A DNA stretch of 64,000 nucleotides from a bacterium (lineage in GTDB: Bacteria > UBA8248 > JACPRG01 > G963555815), in NCBI GenBank assembly GCA_965218795.1, contig OZ244653.1:1856001-1920000 (forward strand), read 5' to 3'. This document shows, piece by piece, positions 30,357-37,262 of the stretch. Position 1 is the stretch's first letter, and each line of letters opens with the position of its first letter. The position numbers and the translations under genes are program-made. Under the pieces are notes generated by a model, which was not told the origin of the DNA, did no database searches, and saw nothing but the letters and a program-made list of their open reading frames with translations.

Positions 30357-31536
30357 CCTCACCCCGCGCCTGGCCCGCGAGAGCAGGCCCGGCCACAAGG
30401 ACACGTTCCTGTTCGACAGGACGCTCCCCGGCTTCGGCCTTCGCATCCACCCCTCGGGGCGTAAGGTCTGGATCGTCCAGGCCCGCATCGAGGGACGGAG
30501 CCGGCGCATCGTCATCGCCCGCCATGGCGAGATGGAGTTATCGGAAGCCCGCCGCCGCGCCCGCGACATGCTCGGGCGCATCCGCGCGGGCGAGAACCCC
30601 GCCGAGGACATCCGCAGGGAGAAGGAGACGCCGACGCTCGGGGAGTTCGCGGACGAATACCTGCGCCGCTGCGATCCGCTTTGGAAGCCTTCCGGGCGCA
30701 AGACCGTGCGAATCTATCTCAAGGCCCGCATCCTGCCCGCCTTCGGTAGGATGCCCATCGACCGGATCGGCCCCGAGGACGTGGCCGCGTGGTTTGACGC
30801 GGCGAGCAAGGACAGGCCGGGCGCGGCCAACCGGGCGTTCGAGATACTCCGCGCGATGATGTTCCGGGCCGAGGAATGGGGCTGGCGCGAGCGCGACAGC
30901 AATCCCTGTCTCGGCATCGTCAAGAACCCGAGGAACCATGTCGCCCGGTTCCTCGACACGGACGAGTTGGCGCGGCTGGGCCGCGCGCTCGACGCCCGCG
31001 AAGCGGAATGGCCCGAGGCCGTCGCGGCGATCCGGCTGCTGGCCCTGACCGGATGCAGGCGGGGCGAGGTGCTCAATCTCAGATGGCGCGACATCGGTAA
31101 CGACGCCATCAACCTGCCCGACTCCAAGACTGGTCCGCGCGCGGTGCCGCTCGGCGAAACCGCACGGGCGCTGATCGACGCGCTGCCCGGACCGCGCGAT
31201 GCGGAAGCATGCCTGTTTCCGCGACATGCCGACGGCCGGGGTCTCTGGATTCTCGTGAACTGCTGGCGCACGGTCTGCGCCGACGCGAAGCTCGGCAGGC
31301 CGCGTCTGCATGACTTGCGGCATACCGCCGCCAGTCACGCCGTCATGTCCGGCGAAAACCTTCCGCTCGTGGGAAAATTGCTCGGGCATCGGCGGCACCA
31401 GACCACGGCGGGCTATGCCCACCTGGCGGATGCGCACCTTATCGAAGCGGCGGAAAGGGTCGGAAACGTGATTGCAGAGGCGATGGCCTGTATGTACAAA
31501 GGAGGCGATGTAGTTACAGTTACAATATTGGCGTGA
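30343..31536 (+). CDS. Tyrosine recombinase/integrase with arm-binding domain (2 of tandem pair)
   Basis: FDRTLPGFGLRI N-terminus; TGCR, DSK, HDLRH, LGH...TTAGY; ATG at 30343 overlaps the first integrase by 14 bp. Confidence 0.93.
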   Translation: MPTVDLTPRLARESRPGHKDTFLFDRTLPGFGLRIHPSGRKVWIVQARIEGRSRRIVIARHGEMELSEARRRARDMLGRIRAGENPAEDIRREKETPTLGEFADEYLRRCDPLWKPSGRKTVRIYLKARILPAFGRMPIDRIGPEDVAAWFDAASKDRPGAANRAFEILRAMMFRAEEWGWRERDSNPCLGIVKNPRNHVARFLDTDELARLGRALDAREAEWPEAVAAIRLLALTGCRRGEVLNLRWRDIGNDAINLPDSKTGPRAVPLGETARALIDALPGPRDAEACLFPRHADGRGLWILVNCWRTVCADAKLGRPRLHDLRHTAASHAVMSGENLPLVGKLLGHRRHQTTAGYAHLADAHLIEAAERVGNVIAEAMACMYKGGDVVTVTILA

Positions 31537-31539
31537 GGA

Positions 31540-32601
31540 CTACGCATCCGAAGCGCGTGTAACCCTAAACATCCGGTACATCATGCTCCGCAGATCGTCG
31601 TCCCAATCAATTTCGGCGGCTTTCAACGCCATAATGAAGTCCACTTGTTCCTTGCTATGCGGCGGGCGGCGTAATATCTCGCGTAGGGTCTGCGGATCAA
31701 AAAATCTATGAAGATAATCGTAAGGATTCTTTCCGCTTGCTATCTGCTCAACCATTATCTTCGCCCACTGCCTTCTTCCCTGTCGCTTGTGGCTGTCCTC
31801 GATATCGAAAAAATCTTTCTCTGAAGGAGTTACATTCCTAGCGAACACATTGTTAATTTCGCGAATAAGGCCATTTAACAATCTGAAATGCTTGCGAATT
31901 ATGCCGGATAGCTGCACCTTTTCGCCGTGAAGAGTCAAGACAAAGTTTTGAGACCTGTCATTCCATTTTCCAGACTGTATCAAATTATCAATATAATACA
32001 TCATGGAGCCCGTGCTGTCTTGTTGTTCAAAACCATAAGAAATTTCCCACTGTGGAATAATTACTCGTCCATGCAAAAGATTATTTCTAAGCTCTCGCAG
32101 AAATTCTGAAATATCTCTACCGAATAAACCATCCTTTAGTTCAGATATCTCATCGGCAATATCGACTCGCAACTTTTGAATTTCTTTAAGTGTATCCTTG
32201 ATCCCAAATGCTAGAGCGCAATAGGCAACTGCGTCCTTTTGCGCAGCGTTTCCGACCGTGTGATCTACTTCATCCTCAAAATATTCTGAACGTGCCAGCT
32301 CTCCGAGGGCTGCATCGTGGCGACAGATATCTATAGATGCTTGATGGGAAGCATGAACAAGAGATGCCATACCTTGACGCAATCTCCATTCCTTCCAGAA
32401 TATATGATGGCGCAAAACTTGTTGTCTTGTTTCTCCAACAAGAGAATTTATTGTCTTTCGAATGGCATCAGGAGTAGGAAGTTGGTATCTTTTTAGGCAA
32501 GATATACACCGATCTACTTCATATTGTTGTTGTCTGTTTTGAATTTCGACCATTTTTTGAAAGGATGATAGCGGTTCATTCGTCTCATTATTTCCATACA
32601 T
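31540..32601 (-). CDS. Hypothetical protein with HEPN-like RxxxxH motif (Cthe_2314-like)
   Basis: FLRELRNNLLHG; visibly AT-richer than its neighbours; adjoins the 3' end of the R-M gene. Confidence 0.6.
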   Translation of the reverse strand: MYGNNETNEPLSSFQKMVEIQNRQQQYEVDRCISCLKRYQLPTPDAIRKTINSLVGETRQQVLRHHIFWKEWRLRQGMASLVHASHQASIDICRHDAALGELARSEYFEDEVDHTVGNAAQKDAVAYCALAFGIKDTLKEIQKLRVDIADEISELKDGLFGRDISEFLRELRNNLLHGRVIIPQWEISYGFEQQDSTGSMMYYIDNLIQSGKWNDRSQNFVLTLHGEKVQLSGIIRKHFRLLNGLIREINNVFARNVTPSEKDFFDIEDSHKRQGRRQWAKIMVEQIASGKNPYDYLHRFFDPQTLREILRRPPHSKEQVDFIMALKAAEIDWDDDLRSMMYRMFRVTRASDA

Positions 32602-35600
32602 TACCGGAGCCCTTTGTAAATTCTCGACAGAAAGGGTATTGACTACCCGTCAGTATTCCGCAGATACGCCGCGCCATGTTCGTGAAGTGCTGTATCTCGT
32701 CGGCGCGTAGCGGACGGTCAAGGATGTCGCGCTCCCGGTAGGATAGCCATTTCTTGAGGACCTGGTAGCCGCCGAGCTTGTAGGCCCAGACGGCGGCGGG
32801 GACGTTGCGCCAGAAGGCGTCCCCGTTCAAGAAGATGTCGATGGCCGTGCCGCCGAAGGCGGACACGGCATCGCCGATCGCCGCCCGCTCTTCCGGCGTG
32901 AAGGGACGCTCGACGGAACGGCCCTGGCCCGGCATCACGGCATCACCGGTTCCGAAATAGCCCCATCCCGCCGTCACCGCGAAATCCTCACCCGCCATGT
33001 TGCGCCCGCCGACGGTAGCGGGGATGGCGACGGCGGCGATCTCCGGCCGCAGCGGCACCTGCGTCACCTCGGGGACGGGCGTGTCGGGATCGAGCAGCGC
33101 GGCGAGGTCGCGGCCCCGTGACGCCGATCGGGCAAGCGCTTTTGCCGCCTGCCTCGCCGGCAGGCAGGCGCCTTCGGCCACGCCGTCAGGCCAGCCCGGC
33201 AGCGGGATGCGCGGCCATTCCATCTTGAGCGCCCCGGCGTTGGCCTCGCGGTAGGCGGGATCGTGGAGCACGGCGAGGACGTGATGGAACAGGTCTTCCA
33301 CGTTGAGCCCCAAACGGTTGAGCCAGCGTTGCGCGGCATCCGAAAGATTGGGGCGGCGTCCGGCGTCCGGCACGTCCAGCCCCTCATCGTGGAGCCAAGC
33401 GGGGAACCAGTTGGTTCCACGTTCAATCAGATGCAGACATCCCAGGTGTTCCGTAAGACACGCCTGCGGTTCTTCCGCGCCTTTCCGCAGATGCTGTGCA
33501 GCCGACAGCCACACATTCCCCTCGAACACGTGCGGCCTATATTTGGCGCGTTTCTCGTCGAGCAGCTTCGTATCCTTCTCCCAGTAGAGCCAGCGGTCGT
33601 CGAACGGTCGGTAGGCGAAGCGGATGAAGCCGGCTTCGTCCGGCCCGCCGCGTTTCAGCAGCGCGTCCCGCACCGCGCGGGTATCGAACCGGGCCGTGGT
33701 CTTCATCGCGCGCGGATAACGCCGGGCGATCTCCTCATTGCTTAGACTTACATCGAAATAGTCAGCGATTCGTCCCTTCAGGCGATCCAAGTCAATATCC
33801 ACGAGGAACGAATCGCGGCTGGTCTTGACCCCCGGAAACGACACCGGAAAGAGATCGGGCAATGTGGGCCAGTCAAACCAGTCCTTGCTCACCGCCATTG
33901 GCTTGAACGGGAAGCCAAGGCGAAGATTGGGCTCCAACGTTGAATAGCCGTCATCTATGTCACCGGCGTCAAGGCTCTCCAACAGCGCTCGCCGTCTTTC
34001 ATCGGCCCTTGCCTGATGGAAATCGCGATACCGGATGCGTCCGCCTGTCGATGGACCGGCAACGTCTCCCGACCTGGAAAGCAGGGCGATGCTTGTTCCG
34101 ACCTTGATACCCGGCGATTGTCCCTGAAGCGCAAAGACCGTTTCGCTGGTCCGCCCGTCCGGCGCGTATTCCGAGATGATGCGGTCGCCATGCAGACTGT
34201 CGATCCGCACCACATCGAACGCCTCCAGATACCGCTCCCGCATGCCCGTGAAGGACAGGCCGTCCAGCCAGGAGTAGTTGGAAATGAAGCACACCACGCC
34301 ACACCCCGTCTTCTCCGCGATGCGCCGCTCGGCCATGCGGAAGAACCGGACGTACAGATCGTTCAGCCCCTGACCCTCGGGCCGACGCACCCGCTTCGTT
34401 GAGCGGTACGCTTCCGAAAGCTCCCGTTCCTCGTCCACGGCCATGCCGGCGAAGCCGTTGTAGGGCGGGTTGCCCAGGATCACGAGGATGGGCGTGTCCT
34501 GCTTCACTTGCTCGGCCCGGTCCCGCTCCTCCTCAAGCTCGGGGAAGGGCAAGGGTTTGGTCGTCCTCGGCTCCCAGCCGGTCAGCGCGTTGGTGAGAAA
34601 CACACCGGGGCGTTCATCCTCCGAGAGTCGGGCGTCCAGTTCCCGCATGGTCAAGCCGACCTGCAAGTGGGCCACGACAAAGGGCGCGGGCATGATCTCG
34701 AACCCGAACACCCGTTCCAATGCCGCCTCCCTCACCCGAGCGCCGGAGAGCGCGCCGAGCCCTTGGCCTTGCAGATTGGCGGCAATCCGGCGCAGGACCT
34801 CGGCCAGATAGGCCCCGGTGCCGCAGCACGGGTCAAGCACGTAGACGTTCTCCGCCGCGAGACCGTCCGGGATCCCGAGATCCTCCTTCAATGCCCTGTC
34901 CACGCGGGCGACCATGTAGCGGACCACCTCCACCGGCGTGTACCAGACGCCGAGCTGCTTCCTGAGCTCGGGATCGAAGGCTTCCAGGAACGGCTCGTAG
35001 AAATATTGAACCGCTTCGCCCTCGTTGAATTTGGCGAAAAAGGCCTCCCGGTCCACGCGGTCTAGGGCACCGGAAGTCCAGTCCAGGACCTCGACTAAAC
35101 CCAACGGCTCCAGCCGGCCCGGATCGGATATCTGCTGGAACAGCGCCCGCAGAACAGGAGCGCGCAGATGCCAGACAGCTTCGCGCCAGTTGAAACCGCC
35201 TTGAGGCGGCGGAAGTTGCCGCGCCCACAGGACCCAGGCGGAGAACACACCGTAGAAAAGCGTCTGCACCAGGGTCGAACGGAAAAAGGCCGCGCCACGT
35301 CCGCCCTCGAAGCGCACGCCCAGGGCTTCCTCAAGGGAAGAGCGCACCGCCGTGAGCTGCGGCGCATCCCCCGCCGCCTCGACGCGAAAGAGCCCGTCTC
35401 TTGCATAGGAGGCGAGCAGCCAAGCCAGGTCCCTGGGTTCGGCGAGCGCGGCTTGGTGCGAGAGGGCACGGCAGAGATATTCGCCGAGGCCGAGGCCCAC
35501 TTCCCGGGCAAAGGCGCGCGGCTTTTCCAACAGGCGCTCGAAATCCTCCGCGCTGTCGGCCAGGCGGAAGGTTTCCAGCTTGGCCGGACGGCCCGAGGCG

Positions 35601-36004
35601 TCCTCGCCGACCAGAACGAAGTCGCGCGTGTTGGTGACCAGCACCAGGCGGTAGCGGCCCCAATACTTGCTGACCTGATCGGACTCCGCGGTCAGCCAAG
35701 CGTCGTCATCGGCGGATTTCACCTCGACCACGCCACGTTCGGGAACCTGTCCCTCCTTTGGCCGGCCCTTCTGCACCTGTTTGGCCGCGTACAGGCCGAA
35801 GTCGGGGTGGCCCGCGCCCTGCTCCGCAAGCTCCGGGACGCAAAACACCTTGGGTTTCAGCGCGCCGCCCACGGCATCGAGCAGTCCCGCCAGCGCCGGA
35901 TAGTACGACCGCTCCCCGGTCGCGCCGCCCGAGGCGCGTATCCGCCCAAGATCGGCGAAATAGGTCTCCACCGCCGTGGTCAGCTTCGTGTTCGTTCCTG
36001 TCAC
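32588..36004 (-). CDS. Single-chain R-M enzyme (nuclease, N6-adenine MTase, Type ISP-like TRD) with no helicase; Type IIG/IIL-like
   Basis: HPDF...VVEVK nuclease motif, YFYEPFL...GVWYTP, LDPCCGTG, GNPPY, YRPFD, GGYQVLKKWLSYR; probable GTG start at 36004. Confidence 0.88.
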   Translation of the reverse strand: MTGTNTKLTTAVETYFADLGRIRASGGATGERSYYPALAGLLDAVGGALKPKVFCVPELAEQGAGHPDFGLYAAKQVQKGRPKEGQVPERGVVEVKSADDDAWLTAESDQVSKYWGRYRLVLVTNTRDFVLVGEDASGRPAKLETFRLADSAEDFERLLEKPRAFAREVGLGLGEYLCRALSHQAALAEPRDLAWLLASYARDGLFRVEAAGDAPQLTAVRSSLEEALGVRFEGGRGAAFFRSTLVQTLFYGVFSAWVLWARQLPPPQGGFNWREAVWHLRAPVLRALFQQISDPGRLEPLGLVEVLDWTSGALDRVDREAFFAKFNEGEAVQYFYEPFLEAFDPELRKQLGVWYTPVEVVRYMVARVDRALKEDLGIPDGLAAENVYVLDPCCGTGAYLAEVLRRIAANLQGQGLGALSGARVREAALERVFGFEIMPAPFVVAHLQVGLTMRELDARLSEDERPGVFLTNALTGWEPRTTKPLPFPELEEERDRAEQVKQDTPILVILGNPPYNGFAGMAVDEERELSEAYRSTKRVRRPEGQGLNDLYVRFFRMAERRIAEKTGCGVVCFISNYSWLDGLSFTGMRERYLEAFDVVRIDSLHGDRIISEYAPDGRTSETVFALQGQSPGIKVGTSIALLSRSGDVAGPSTGGRIRYRDFHQARADERRRALLESLDAGDIDDGYSTLEPNLRLGFPFKPMAVSKDWFDWPTLPDLFPVSFPGVKTSRDSFLVDIDLDRLKGRIADYFDVSLSNEEIARRYPRAMKTTARFDTRAVRDALLKRGGPDEAGFIRFAYRPFDDRWLYWEKDTKLLDEKRAKYRPHVFEGNVWLSAAQHLRKGAEEPQACLTEHLGCLHLIERGTNWFPAWLHDEGLDVPDAGRRPNLSDAAQRWLNRLGLNVEDLFHHVLAVLHDPAYREANAGALKMEWPRIPLPGWPDGVAEGACLPARQAAKALARSASRGRDLAALLDPDTPVPEVTQVPLRPEIAAVAIPATVGGRNMAGEDFAVTAGWGYFGTGDAVMPGQGRSVERPFTPEERAAIGDAVSAFGGTAIDIFLNGDAFWRNVPAAVWAYKLGGYQVLKKWLSYRERDILDRPLRADEIQHFTNMARRICGILTGSQYPFCREFTKGSGNVWK

Positions 36005-36377
36005 GTCATCATCCCCGTTGTCGCCGCTGCACGGCTTGGCTAGTGTCACACCATCCGGCGCGGCGAAGCAACCCCCCGACATGGCTCCAGCGCTTACTGC
36101 ATCATCCGGCATGCATAGGGCCGAGCACAGGCGCGCCCGCGCTGCGGTATGGACCCGCGAGTGCGTGTCTTGTGAATGCCGTCGCCGCGTGCCGCTCGCG
36201 TATGCATTGATTTGTTCCCTCAGGCTTCCTATAGTGACGCTCGGAAGTCGCGCAACGGGGCGGGAGACGTTTCCCCACATGCGCGGCGGACGCTGCCGCT
36301 CAGGCGCCGCTCGGGCTAACTGCTGGATACATAACGGATTGCATCGCCCGAACATTTGAGCGGAACGGAAGCACGGT

Positions 36378-36640
36378 GCGGACGCCAGTCGGCGTTTCAC
36401 TCTCACACCCCACGCACCTTGGGTGCCCTGCACACCATGCGCGCGCTTGTCTTGCAACTTTGTGCGCATTCAACAACTTTGGACGCCTTGCTGTTGTTGG
36501 ACAGAGCGTATGTCGCATCGATATACGGCCTCAACCTATTGATATATAATGATTTTCGATCGGACCGATATACGGCGGCTATACGGCCGCTACCAATTTT
36601 GGTTGTGCGCATGGATGCGCCGGGCCGATAGCGATATACG
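36378..36640 (-). promoter_or_regulatory. oriT: MOBF-type origin of transfer, copy 3 (predicted nic 36405/36404)
   Basis: Minus strand GCACC-CAA-GGTGC-GTGGGGTGT^GAGAG; about 100 bp core shared with copy 1; exact IHF consensus TATCAATAGGTTG at 36532-36544; CGATATACG repeats. Confidence 0.8.
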
Positions 36641-36866
36641 CCGGGATTCCCGGTGTCCGCGGCCATGTCGCGATGTTCCCGCCGGTCCGTCATGCCTCCC
36701 GGCGTCATTTTTGATGCCCGGTATCGCCGCCGAGCCGCTGTTTCATGCTTGGCAGGGTCGTCATGACATGAGCCGTTCGGTAGCTGAACGGCTTCAGGAT
36801 CGTATCGTTTTTCACTCAAGGCGACCCCGTATCATCACCCATTGGGCACCAGGAAGGAGCAAAACC

Positions 36867-37262
36867 GTGACCGAAAACGGTTCCATCGAACCCGAAACCA
36901 ACGACAGTGGAGACCCAGGACAGGGCGGCGCGCGCAGGACCCGGGGCATCCGGTTCTCCGATCCGGAGTGGGAAGAGGTCAAGAAGGCGGCAGAAGAACG
37001 TGACGTTCCGGCCGGGAAGCTTGTCCGGGACACGGTCCTGGACCTCGCCCGGGGCGGGACCGGCAAAGCATCCACGGCGCTTCAGCCCGGTCACGCCGCC
37101 CTTCTCGAGGGCGTCTACCGGGGCGTCTACATCCTTTCGACCCTGAAACGCGAAGAGATGCTCCAACAGGACCGGGGCCAGGAGCTGGACGAGATCGTTC
37201 AGGCCGCGCGCAACGCGCAGGCCGAGGCGCTGAAGCCGTCGCGATCGGAGCAGCGTGAATGA
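36867..37262 (+). CDS. Ribbon-helix-helix protein, probable TrwA-like factor (paralog 2)
   Basis: TRGIRFSDPEWEEVKKAAEERDV...LVRDTVL...YILSTLKREEML; homologous to 11578-11949 with the same AAGGAGCAAAA RBS context. Confidence 0.72.
   Translation: MTENGSIEPETNDSGDPGQGGARRTRGIRFSDPEWEEVKKAAEERDVPAGKLVRDTVLDLARGGTGKASTALQPGHAALLEGVYRGVYILSTLKREEMLQQDRGQELDEIVQAARNAQAEALKPSRSEQRE

Noticed and set aside
36005-36469. 155-aa N-terminal extension of the R-M ORF in the track
   Set aside because: It runs through oriT 3 and low-complexity GC-rich DNA; the recognisable protein starts near GTG 36004.
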